From an uncultured Gammaproteobacteria bacterium (GTDB taxonomy: Bacteria > Pseudomonadota > Gammaproteobacteria > Francisellales > CACEW01): a stretch of DNA of 64,000 nt. Location: contig CAZIIK010000050.1 of assembly GCA_964539235.1 (NCBI GenBank), forward strand, positions 160 through 64,159. The letters are read 5' to 3'. A model generated the notes under the pieces. It had not been told where the DNA came from. It did no database searches and saw only the letters and a program-made list of their open reading frames with translations. Shown here in pieces: positions 19,693-29,399 of this stretch (position 1 is the stretch's first letter; each line of letters opens with the position of its first letter). Made by a program: the position numbers and the translations under genes.

Positions 19693-20178
19693 ATGCACAC
19701 TGTAAACGCACAACATTGGATTCATAAGTTGAATCTAGAACCGCACCCGGAAGGTGGTTACTACGGTGAGTTTTATCGCTGCTTAGAAAATGTAATCTGC
19801 AGTGACACACAAAAGCGTTCCGCATGCACCTCGATTTACTACTTATTGGAAAACGATCAAAAATCGCATTTACATCGTTTAACTTCAGATGAGATCTGGC
19901 ATTTTTACGCAGGACAGACACTCATCATCTATGAAATCAGCCCAGAGGGCCAGCTGACGGAAACTGCCTTAGGGCAAGGTGAAACAGATGTGTTTCAACA
20001 TGTAGTACCCGCCGGAAATTGGTTTGGTGCAAAGTTACAAAAGCCCAACGGGTTTTCGTTGGTTGGGTGTACAGTTGCACCTGGTTTTGAATATGTAGAC
20101 TTTGAACTGGGAAGCCAGGCAAGCTTGCAAGCATTGTATCCTCAACACCAGCAGTTAATCACGGAACTGTCTAACTAG
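19693..20178 (+). CDS. Cupin-fold protein, DUF985 family
   Basis: 161 aa with HPEGGYY, SIYYLL, HRLTSDEIWHFY and GCTVAPGFEYVDFEL, typical of the DUF985 cupin family. Confidence 0.8.
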   Translation: MHTVNAQHWIHKLNLEPHPEGGYYGEFYRCLENVICSDTQKRSACTSIYYLLENDQKSHLHRLTSDEIWHFYAGQTLIIYEISPEGQLTETALGQGETDVFQHVVPAGNWFGAKLQKPNGFSLVGCTVAPGFEYVDFELGSQASLQALYPQHQQLITELSN

Positions 20179-20222
20179 CGCGGAATATACTAACCAAATT
20201 TTTAATCTGAGACTTTGTAAAA

Positions 20223-20351
20223 ATGGCACAAGAAATCATTACAGAAAATGATCAGTTGGCACTGACGGAGACGGATAGCCAACGTGTTTTAGACCTATTA
20301 GGCGATCTCCCAACACCGCGCACCAAGCTGATATACGCCCACGCCAAATAA
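20223..20351 (+). pseudogene. Possible remnant of a DUF1778/TacA-like antitoxin (C-terminal part only)
   Basis: 42-codon ORF MAQEIITENDQLALTETDSQRVLDLLGDLPTPRTKLIYAHAK. It resembles the C-terminal segment of DUF1778 antitoxins. There is no RHH N-terminus and no GNAT toxin downstream. Confidence 0.3.
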
Positions 20352-20429
20352 ACATGCCAAACCCGTTAGACAATGCCCGGGCAAATGTCTATCATACGCA
20401 CAATTCTCCTTCTGCCTGGGTTTTATCCT

Positions 20430-23400
20430 ATGAAACACTCCATTAAAAAAGTCTTACTCCTCGGTTCTGGCGGCTTACGCATTAGCCAAGCAGGTGAGTT
20501 TGATTATTCCGGCTCACAAGCGATTAAAGCCCTAAAAGAAGAAGGTATCACCGTTATTTTGGTGAATCCGAACATCGCAACGATTCAGACTGATCCGGAC
20601 ATGGCGGACAAGGTCTACTTGCAACCGTTGAACAAGCCCACTGTCACCGAGATCATCCGCACCGAACGTCCTGACGCCGTACTGCTAGGTTTTGGTGGAC
20701 AAACGGCCTTGAATTTAGGTTTAGCATTGGAAGACGATGGCGTTTTCAAAAAATACAACGTTGCCGTCCTGGGCACAGATACACAAGCGATTCGTTTGTC
20801 TGAAGACCGTAAATTATTTAAAGAAGAACTCGACAAAATCGGCGTCTGCACTGCCAAGAGTTTTGGTGTTTCCACCGTAGAAGATGCGATCATTGCTGGC
20901 CGCGAAGTCGGCTACCCTTTAATGATGCGCTGTGCTTTTTCACTTGGCGGTTTGGGCTCTGGCATTGTCGACGACGAAGCCACACTGAGATCACGTGTCA
21001 CTGAAGCGTTGAGCGTCGCGCCTCAAGTGTTGATCGAAGAAAACATGATCGGCTGGAGTGAGTTTGAATACGAAATCGTGCGTGATGCTGCTGGCAACGC
21101 ATTAACCGTGTGTAACATGGAAAACTTCGACCCCATGGGCATTCACACCGGTGAAAGTATTGTCGTTTCACCTTCGCAGTCACTGACCAACCGCGAATAC
21201 CACATGCTGCGCGAAGTGGCGATTAAGGTCGCTAATCACTTTAATATTATTGGTGAGTGCAATATTCAATACGGTTTCAACTTAAAAACCAGCGAATACC
21301 GGGTCATTGAAATCAATCCCCGACTGTCGCGTTCCAGTGCTCTGGCTTCTAAAGCCACCGGTTACCCACTTGCCTTTGTCGCGACAAAATTGGCCTTGGG
21401 CTACAAGCTGCATGAACTGAAAAACAGCATCACCAAAAAGACCTGTGCTTACTTTGAACCTGCGTTGGATTATGTCGTAGTTAAAATTCCGCGTTGGGAT
21501 ATTCAAAAGCTGAAAGGCGCTGAACGCCGCATCGGCACGGAAATGAAAAGTGTTGGTGAAGTCATGGCCATTGGCCGCAGCTTTCCAGAAGCCTTGCAAA
21601 AAGCCATTGGCATGTTGAACATCGGCGCCACAGGTTTGTTGGATTACCCATACGAAATTCCAGATTTGGAAGCAGAAATTGCCCAAGCGACTGACCGCCG
21701 TATTTTCGCCTTACACCGTTTCTTTGTGGCAGGCGGCACGGTCGAAAAAGCTGCTGAACTATCCTGCATCGACCCGTGGTTCTTGCACCACATGTATGCC
21801 ATTGCAGATACTGAGCGCCAACTGAAAAAACACAAATTATCCGCTGACTTACTGCACCATGCGAAGAAAATGGGCTTTTCTGACCGCATCATCGGCCAAT
21901 TGATTAAAAAAGATGAAAACTTTGTCCGCGAACGTCGTTTGGCAGATGGCATTACACCAATGGTCAAACAAATCGATACCCTGGCTGGCGAATTCGACGC
22001 ACAAACGAATTATCTTTACCTCACGTACCACGGATGTGAGCACGATGTGGCGCCGGCGGAACAGCCGTTAAGCATTATACTTGGCTCAGGCCCATACAGC
22101 ATCGGCTCTTCAGTGGAATTTGACTGGTGTGGCGTGACCACAGCGAGAACCTTGAAAAAACTCGGCAAAGGTTCTGCCATTATCAACTCCAATCCGGAAA
22201 CAGTGTCAACCGACTACGATGAGTCAGACCGCCTGTACTTCGAACAACTTACCCTGGAACGGGTACGTGATATCGCAGATTTCGAAAACCAGGATGGCAT
22301 TGTGGTGTCCATGGGCGGACAGATTGCCAACAACTTGGTGCCACATTTGACTGCACATGGCTATCCAATTTTAGGGACTTCACCAGAGAATATTGAACGT
22401 GCGGAAAACCGCGAAAAATTCTCCTCCATGTTGAATGACCTCGACGTTGACCAGCCTGAATGGATCGCTGCCGAGACTTTGAGCAAAGCGAAAAAATTTG
22501 CCAATCGTGTCGGTTATCCAGTATTGATTCGTCCTTCCTTTGTTTTGTCTGGCGCCGCAATGAATGTGGTATTTTCCGAAACCGAAATGGAAAAATACCT
22601 GGCGGAAGCCTCTATGGTATCACCTGACCACCCCGTGGTGATTTCTGACTTTATTCAAGATGCGAAAGAATTAGAAATTGATGGTGTTGCACAGAACGGT
22701 CAAATCGAAATTTATGCCATTTCGGAACACGTGGAAAATGCCGGTGTGCATTCCGGAGATGCCACCATCGTGTTACCACCGCAGCGACTCTATCTAGAAA
22801 CCATCCGCCGTGCCAAACACATCACGCGTAAGATCGTGTCTGAGCTGGATATCTCAGGTCCGTTTAATATCCAATTCATCGCCAAAGATGACGACATTAA
22901 GGTGATCGAGTGTAATGTCCGTGCATCACGCTCTTTCCCATTCGTGTCTAAAGTCACCGGTCACAACTTTATCGATATTGCTGCCCGCGTATTGCTGAAT
23001 TGTTATCAATCACAACATTACAACACTCTAGACCTCGACCATGTTGGCGTGAAAACACCACAATTTTCTTACAGCCGTCTGAAAGGCGCGAACCCGGTGG
23101 CCCATGTTGAAATGGCGTCGACGGGTGAAGTCGCCTGTATCGGCGATGACCTATTAGATGCGTTTTACCGCTCTTGGCAAGCAACAGAACAACAGGTATT
23201 GCGCAAGAAAATTTTTGTCAGCATCAGTTCGAATAAAAAACCACGCTTATTGGAGGCGTTACAACATTTAGATGAATTGGGTTGGGAAATTTACACCACC
23301 GAAGGCACTCATGATTACCTCGCTAAGATGGGTGTGAGTTCACGTTGCGTCTTTAAAGCCAGCACGCAAAATACACCGAATGTTGCCGATATGATTCGCG

Positions 23401-23603
23401 AGCAACAGGTTGATTTGATTGTGAATATTCCAAGCAGCCGCGCCAGCAGCAGCCAAGTCACCGATGGTTTTACCATTCGACGCCTGGCGATTGACCATCA
23501 CATTCCGCTGATCACTAATCTACAGATTGCACAAGTCGCGTTGCATTGTTTAGCCGAATTGCATGATCGGCCGACCACAGTAAAGGCTTGGCAAGAGTTT
23601 TAG
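20430..23603 (+). CDS. carB: Carbamoyl-phosphate synthase large subunit (no adjacent small subunit)
   Basis: About 1057 aa from the ATG at 20430 ([31 protein letters not shown]). It has two ATP-grasp halves and a C-terminal MGS-like domain. The track start at 20373 is rejected. Confidence 0.9.
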   Translation: [1057 protein letters not shown]

Positions 23604-23818
23604 TCTGAGACCAGACCTAAAACTGGCTTTATTCTGCTGTGACTGTACAGTTCTCCTAAGTTCCTTATCTGTTAAGTATCACTGAAGTTATGAAACAGCC
23701 TTTATAATTGCAAATGCGCAACATTGAGAAACAAAAAAATGTTGTGCAACACATTTTTATTGACAATAGTTGCGCGTTTAGTATCGTTGCATTCTCGCGA
23801 TTAACTTGGAGAAAGATC

Positions 23819-25051
23819 ATGCAATGGGACGCTTTGGGGTTTAGCGATAATCCATTTAATACCGACCCAATTCGGCAAAAGACATTAGATTTATACATTG
23901 GTCGTGATAAAAATGTTGGCATTTGTAAAAATGTCCTAGCAGAAAAAAATGTGTTACTCATCATTGAAGGCGCACGAGGGATAGGCACCACGTCATTTGG
24001 CAACTACCTGAGATTTAATTCACAGGCACAGAAAAAATATTTCACGCCGTCAAATGAAATTAGAGTGGGAGCCGGTTGGAATATTGAGACTTTATTGGCT
24101 GTCATCGTTGGCAATATCGTGCGTGAACTTGATATCTTTCAATCAGCGCTTGTTGCAAACAATAAAAAATTTCAAGATGCCAAGGCGCTCACGATGCGCA
24201 TTGCTGAAACATACCGTTCCTTTGGTATTGATGCATTAGGCTTTGGGGTAAATTATGGGAAGAACGCAGGAATTTCTTTTCAACCCAGTATTGTGCCGGC
24301 AGCGATTTTAGGGCATCACCTTGAGGATTTAGCTAATTTAGTGCAATCCCTTGGTTATGAATTCGGTATTTTGCTGCAATTAAATAATTTGGATGTTGGT
24401 GCTATACATGAAGCAAAACACTCAAAGTACTTATTTAATGAACTGAGAGACTATATTCAAACTGATTTAGTCAGTTGGATGTTGGTTGGCGATATTGGCT
24501 TACGGAAATTTATTGCGCAACAAGTTGATCGGTTAGATGATATTGTTAGTTACGAAGTGAGAATTGATGCTTTATCAAAGCAAGAGTTTCTAAATCTAAT
24601 TGATCAACGTGTCAGTTTCTACAAAACACATAAAAATGCAGAACTGCCAATTGATAGAGCCGTCTTTTTGCATCTTTTTAAAATAACTAAGGGCAGGCTG
24701 CGCTATGTGTTCGGACTTCTTAAACGGCTGCTTAACGAGTTAAGTATTGGGGACCTGACAGATCGCTTAACGCTTGATATTGCAAAGCCTATGGTGACAA
24801 GGTTGACACAGGAAAGAATTGTACAATATGACATTACCCCAAAAGAATTAAGTCTATTACAAATGATTGTAAAAGCAGGCTATGGTAATGCGAGTAAGCT
24901 TTCTGCCAAATTGGGGCAATCTCGCCAGGCCATATCAAGAGCATTGGTCAATTTGCTGGAGATAAAACTGTTGCATGTCCAACAATCAGGCCGGGATAGA
25001 ACTTATTATCCTGTGCTTGAAGCAGAAATAGCCTACTTAAGTCAGGAGTAG
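23819..25051 (+). CDS. ORC/Cdc6- or ExeA-like P-loop NTPase with a C-terminal winged-helix domain; degenerate Walker A
   Basis: ATG at 23819 preceded by GGAGAA. N-terminus FSDNPFNTDP. The P-loop reads GARGIGTTS, with Thr where the Walker lysine is expected. The C-terminus is MarR-like wHTH (ASKLSAKLGQSRQAISRALVNLLEIKLL). The gene looks AT-rich. Confidence 0.7.
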   Translation: MQWDALGFSDNPFNTDPIRQKTLDLYIGRDKNVGICKNVLAEKNVLLIIEGARGIGTTSFGNYLRFNSQAQKKYFTPSNEIRVGAGWNIETLLAVIVGNIVRELDIFQSALVANNKKFQDAKALTMRIAETYRSFGIDALGFGVNYGKNAGISFQPSIVPAAILGHHLEDLANLVQSLGYEFGILLQLNNLDVGAIHEAKHSKYLFNELRDYIQTDLVSWMLVGDIGLRKFIAQQVDRLDDIVSYEVRIDALSKQEFLNLIDQRVSFYKTHKNAELPIDRAVFLHLFKITKGRLRYVFGLLKRLLNELSIGDLTDRLTLDIAKPMVTRLTQERIVQYDITPKELSLLQMIVKAGYGNASKLSAKLGQSRQAISRALVNLLEIKLLHVQQSGRDRTYYPVLEAEIAYLSQE

Positions 25052-25161
25052 TGGAATTTTCAGCAGAGCGTTATGGTTTGAGAACCGGTTTTTGAAATCT
25101 TGCATGTCGAAACCGTAATTTTTTGTTGGTTCACTCCCATTGGTCCAAGCGCTAGGCAAAA

Positions 25162-26515
25162 TTAATCTGAGATCTGTAAGAGCCGCTGCAACTGCTCAAT
25201 CAAATAAAATGGAATCGACGACAGCTGATATTTGGCGACTTGCCCATCATGTAGTTTGACCGCAACCGGCACCTGACTCGGCAGATCAGCATTAACCCTG
25301 ACAGCATGAGGTAGTTGTTTTAGATGCATGAACAGATGCAATGATTTTAAACTGCCGGTTGCACCTGACTTCACCTCAATCGGCACGATTTGACCACCAG
25401 ATGCCCAAACATAATCTAATTCCGCATTAGCACTTTTATTTTCACGCGCCCAGTAATAGGTCTGTGGTGCTTGATACAGTGGTTGGCTGGCGCGCAATAA
25501 CTGACCGACAATTTGTTCAGAAATAGCACCTTGGTTAATCAGATTAATGTCACCGATTTGATTGACTTCATGTAATTGCAATCCGAGCAAAGCCGAGGTC
25601 ATGCCCACATCTAACAGCCCAACTTTAAATCGCTTAGCATTGGCTTCTGCCATTAATGGCACACCATTTGCCGCAGTTGCAACGGCTTTGTAACACACAC
25701 GTGCCTGGCACAGTAAACCTAAGGCTGCTTTCAGTTTGGTTGACTGTAAATCTCGTGCGACCTGGCTGTAAACAAACTTACCACCCAAAAGACGGGGCAC
25801 AGCCTGCCATACCGCGTCTAAATATTGCGTATCAATTCTCGGGGTGTATTTGACAAAGTCATCCCGATAAGCCATACGCAAATCACTCTGTATACGAGCA
25901 ACTTCTGCCAGCGCATCGGTATTGACCCAAGTCGCCACAGCTTCTGGCATACCACCCACAATCAGATACTCGCGGAATAAATCCAACAACTTATGGTGCA
26001 CGGGCAAAGCAACAGGGGTTGTGAAATCCATCTGTTGTATAAACGCTAACAAGACCGTTTCATTTTTGGCCAACAAAAATTCTTCAAAAGATAAGGGTTC
26101 GATATAGCAAAAAGATACGCGCCCGACCGGCATGCTGAACTGATGGTCACCTAAGGTAAAGTCCAACAAAGATCCTGCCGCGACGACTGCAAGCTCTGGC
26201 ATATCTTCATAAAACCATCGCAATTTTGCCAATACATCCGGAAATGCTTGCGACTCATCCAAAAATAATAAGGTCTGCTCAGGTTGCAAGGTTTGCTGCT
26301 GCGCTAAACCGATATCACGCAGAATGACTTGCACATCATTGGTGTGGAAAAACTGCTTGTGCGCTGGAAACTTCTCAAAGTTCAATTCAACTAATTGCTT
26401 ACCACTGGACTCCACCAAATGACGCACCAACCTGACGGGCACCGCGCATAATCATCGGCTTGCGAGCTGAATTCTGCAGCCACTGCTGCAAATATTGAGA
26501 GGCATAACGTTGCAT
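25162..26515 (-). pseudogene. DUF4143-type AAA ATPase/PD-(D/E)xK protein, frameshifted in the P-loop
   Basis: An N-terminal fragment from ATG 26515 (MQRYASQYLQQWLQNSARKPMIMRGARQVGAS..) stops at 26399. The main ORF (25162-26442) is in another frame and lacks a Walker A. Walker B is LLFLDESQ and the tail is ELDYV...IPIEVKSG. Confidence 0.75.
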
Positions 26516-26564
26516 GGCTGCATCCTCTGAATGCACATATTTCAGACTAATATAGCACAATTAA

Positions 26565-26619
26565 CAAAAAGACCCTTGTGTTTTTGTAACAAACCATCAA
26601 AAACACAAGGGTCTTTTTT
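26565..26619 (-). terminator. Strong rho-independent terminator after argH
   Basis: A ~19-bp perfect stem, AAAAGACCCTTGTGTTTTT / AAAAACACAAGGGTCTTTT, with a 13-nt loop and flanking A/T runs. It starts 5 nt after the argH stop. Confidence 0.8.
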
Positions 26620-26623
26620 ATTT

Positions 26624-28000
26624 TTATGTCTGATTTAGTCGCTCCTGTGCGTAGGTAAGTTGCTGTAAAACGGCTTGTTTTGCCGTGCCACCCCGCACGC
26701 AGCGGGCTTCGACAGCATGCTCTGGCACTAAAGCCGTATAAACATCTGCAGCGAATAATTCACTGTGTGTCTGCAGCGTATGTAATGGCAGATCCACCAG
26801 TAACTGTTGCTGCTGAATACACTGCATCACCAACTGACCTGTCACTTCGTGAGCTTGACGAAAAGGCATGCCTTTTTTCACCAAGTAATCTGCCAATTCA
26901 GTGGCATTGGAAAAATCTTGCGTCACTGCTTGGCGCATATTCTCTACGCGCACTTTCAGCGTTGCTAACATGGGCGCAAATAAATCTAATGAACCATGCA
27001 AAGTCGTTAAGGTATCGAATATCCCTTCTTTATCTTCTTGCATGTCTTTGTTGTAGGCCAAAGGCAATCCCTTGAGCACAGTTAAAATACCGATTAACGC
27101 ACCGTAAACACGACCAGTTTTACCCCGCACCAATTCTGGCACATCTGGGTTTTTCTTCTGCGGCATCATGCTGCTGCCAGTACAATATGCGTCATCTAAT
27201 TCAATGAAACTAAATTCTTTACTGCACCACAGCACCAACTCTTCACTCAATCGTGACAAATGGGTCATGATTAAAGCCGCATGTGAAAGGAGCTCCACCA
27301 CGAAATCTCGATCACTGACCGCATCCAGACTGTTTTCATACACCGCTGAGAAATCCAAGGCTTCTGCCACACTAACGCGATCAAATGCGAAACCTGCACC
27401 CGCTAACGCACCGGCGCCCAGTGGGCAAACATTAATGCGTTTTAAACTATCGGTCAGGCGATCGATATCACGCTGAAACATCCAAAAATAAGCCAATAGA
27501 TGATGTGCCAGCCGCACGGGTTGAGCACGTTGTAAATGCGTATAGCCAGGCAATATGGTGTCGACATGCTCACTGGCTTGCGTGACCAAAGCCTGCTGCA
27601 CAGCTTTAAGTTTTTGCACCATACTTTCAACATGCAGGCGTAAATACAGATGCATATCGGTGGCCACTTGGTCATTACGACTGCGACCCGTATGCAATTT
27701 ACCAGCCAATGCACCAATTTCTTCATGCAGCAAACGTTCAATATTCATGTGAATATCTTCATCAGCCACTTGAAACGTGACTTCATCTGCTGCAATGCGT
27801 TGCTGAATGGCATGCAGACCGGCAACAATGGTGTCGCATTCTTCATCGGTCAGCACATCGCATTGCAACAACAACTGCGCATGCGCCACACTACCTTGGA
27901 TGTCGACCATGGCTAACTCATGATCAAAATGAATCGACGCGGTGAATTCATCGACTAACTGGTCAGTTGGTTTGGTAAAACGGCCACCCCAAAGTTTCAT
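26624..28000 (-). CDS. argH: Argininosuccinate lyase
   Basis: 458 aa: [18 protein letters not shown] and the signature [12 protein letters not shown]. Confidence 0.95.
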   Translation of the reverse strand: MKLWGGRFTKPTDQLVDEFTASIHFDHELAMVDIQGSVAHAQLLLQCDVLTDEECDTIVAGLHAIQQRIAADEVTFQVADEDIHMNIERLLHEEIGALAGKLHTGRSRNDQVATDMHLYLRLHVESMVQKLKAVQQALVTQASEHVDTILPGYTHLQRAQPVRLAHHLLAYFWMFQRDIDRLTDSLKRINVCPLGAGALAGAGFAFDRVSVAEALDFSAVYENSLDAVSDRDFVVELLSHAALIMTHLSRLSEELVLWCSKEFSFIELDDAYCTGSSMMPQKKNPDVPELVRGKTGRVYGALIGILTVLKGLPLAYNKDMQEDKEGIFDTLTTLHGSLDLFAPMLATLKVRVENMRQAVTQDFSNATELADYLVKKGMPFRQAHEVTGQLVMQCIQQQQLLVDLPLHTLQTHSELFAADVYTALVPEHAVEARCVRGGTAKQAVLQQLTYAQERLNQT

Positions 28001-28070
28001 GTTTTGTTATCCTTTTTTCATGTAGGCCTTTATCTAAATTTTGCTAAAAACCAAACCCTTTAATAGGCTT

Positions 28071-28192
28071 GACTTCGACAAAAGGTTCCTGTCCTTCGAC
28101 CAAAGGCTCCTGAGCTTGTCGAAGGACAGTCAGCGAAAATTAGGTCCATGAGCCTGTCGAAGGGACCATCTTTCGGAGGCTCAGGGAACGGC
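28071..28192. repeat. Cluster of REP-like hairpin units (core CCTTCGAC / GTCGAAGG)
   Basis: Perfect 12-bp hairpin CTGTCCTTCGAC (28089-28100) / GTCGAAGGACAG (28118-28129). It is flanked by the two halves of a second unit (28073-28086 and 28142-28164), which match the copy at 57921-57955. Confidence 0.6.
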
Positions 28193-29385
28193 TACTGATT
28201 CACCATTTTATAAACCTGTAACGGCAACCCCCACAACTTAATAAAACCTTCTGCCGCAGCATGATCAAACTGATCATCGGGTTTATAGGTCGCTAATTCA
28301 AATTGGTATAACGATTGCTCAGACTTACGGCCAGTCACCACGGCTTGTCCTTTATGTAGTTTGACGCGCACCACACCAGAAACAGTTTTCTGCGTCTCGG
28401 CAATAAACTGTTTCACCACATCTGTGAGGGGGGAATACCACATCGCTTCATAAATGAGTTCCGCTAACTTCTGCTCCATCACCGGCTTAAAATGCATCAT
28501 TTCCCGCGGCATGGTTAAGGCTTCCAAAGCTTTATGCGCCTTGATCAACGTCATCGCGGCAGGTGCTTCGTAGACCTCACGCGACTTGATGCCAACCAAA
28601 CGGTTTTCAATATGATCGATACGACCGACACCATGTTGACCAGCCACCTGGTTTAGGGTTTCAATCAGCGTCACAAATGGCATGGCTTCACCATTTAATG
28701 CCACTGGCTTACCGTGTTGAAAGGTAATTTCAATCTCTTCTGCCGTATCCGGTGTATCAGCAATAGCACTCGTCCATTCATAAGCCGCTTCGGGTGGTGC
28801 TGCCCAAGGATCCTCTAGCACACCACATTCGCAACTTCTGCCCCACAGGTTTTGGTCGATGCTAAACGGGTTATCGAGATTGATCGGCAAGGGAATAACG
28901 TGTTCGTTGGCATAAGCAATCGCATCTTCACGTGCCATTGGCGCTTCACGTACAGGTGCTACAATTTTCAGATCAGGATTCAACGCATGAATCGATACAT
29001 CAAACCGTACTTGGTCATTGCCTTTACCGGTACAACCATGCGCGACAGCCACCGCACCAGTTTGCTGAGCGATATCGACCAGCACCTTCGAAATCAAAGG
29101 CCGTGATAAAGCTGAAACTAACGGATATACCCCTTCATATAAGGCATTGCCCTGCAAAGCTGGTAGTAGATATTCTTCTGCAAAAACTTTCTTCACATCG
29201 ACGATATGACACTCAACTGCGCCAACGTCTAAGGCCTTTTGCTTGATAAAATCGAGATCTTTACCTTCGCCAACATCCATCGCGGCGGCCACCACGTCGT
29301 AACCATATTTATCTTGCAACCATTTAATGGCGATGGAGGTATCTAAACCACCGGAATATGCCAATACAATTTTATCTTTTGCCAT
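28192..29385 (-). CDS. argG: Argininosuccinate synthase
   Basis: A start at 29385 gives [17 protein letters not shown]. Also [14 protein letters not shown]. The track start at 29412 is rejected. Confidence 0.95.
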   Translation of the reverse strand: MAKDKIVLAYSGGLDTSIAIKWLQDKYGYDVVAAAMDVGEGKDLDFIKQKALDVGAVECHIVDVKKVFAEEYLLPALQGNALYEGVYPLVSALSRPLISKVLVDIAQQTGAVAVAHGCTGKGNDQVRFDVSIHALNPDLKIVAPVREAPMAREDAIAYANEHVIPLPINLDNPFSIDQNLWGRSCECGVLEDPWAAPPEAAYEWTSAIADTPDTAEEIEITFQHGKPVALNGEAMPFVTLIETLNQVAGQHGVGRIDHIENRLVGIKSREVYEAPAAMTLIKAHKALEALTMPREMMHFKPVMEQKLAELIYEAMWYSPLTDVVKQFIAETQKTVSGVVRVKLHKGQAVVTGRKSEQSLYQFELATYKPDDQFDHAAAEGFIKLWGLPLQVYKMVNQ

Positions 29386-29399
29386 GTTTTTTCTCCCTT

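Noticed and set aside
18502-19700. Possible oriC next to mnmG
   Set aside because: I found only one perfect DnaA box (19018-19026) and a few 7-of-9 matches. I saw no cluster of boxes, no GATC-rich 13-mer array and no clear DUE. One perfect 9-mer in a window this size is about what chance predicts. This is kept only as a low-priority check.
20373-20429. Upstream extension of carB (MPGQMSIIRTILLLPGFYP)
   Set aside because: CarB homologues begin a few residues before the GSGG/GAGP glycine loop, so the ATG at 20430 fits. The extension has no counterpart.
21282-21967. 134-aa and 107-aa minus-strand ORFs inside carB
   Set aside because: They are antisense to carB and have no recognisable domains.
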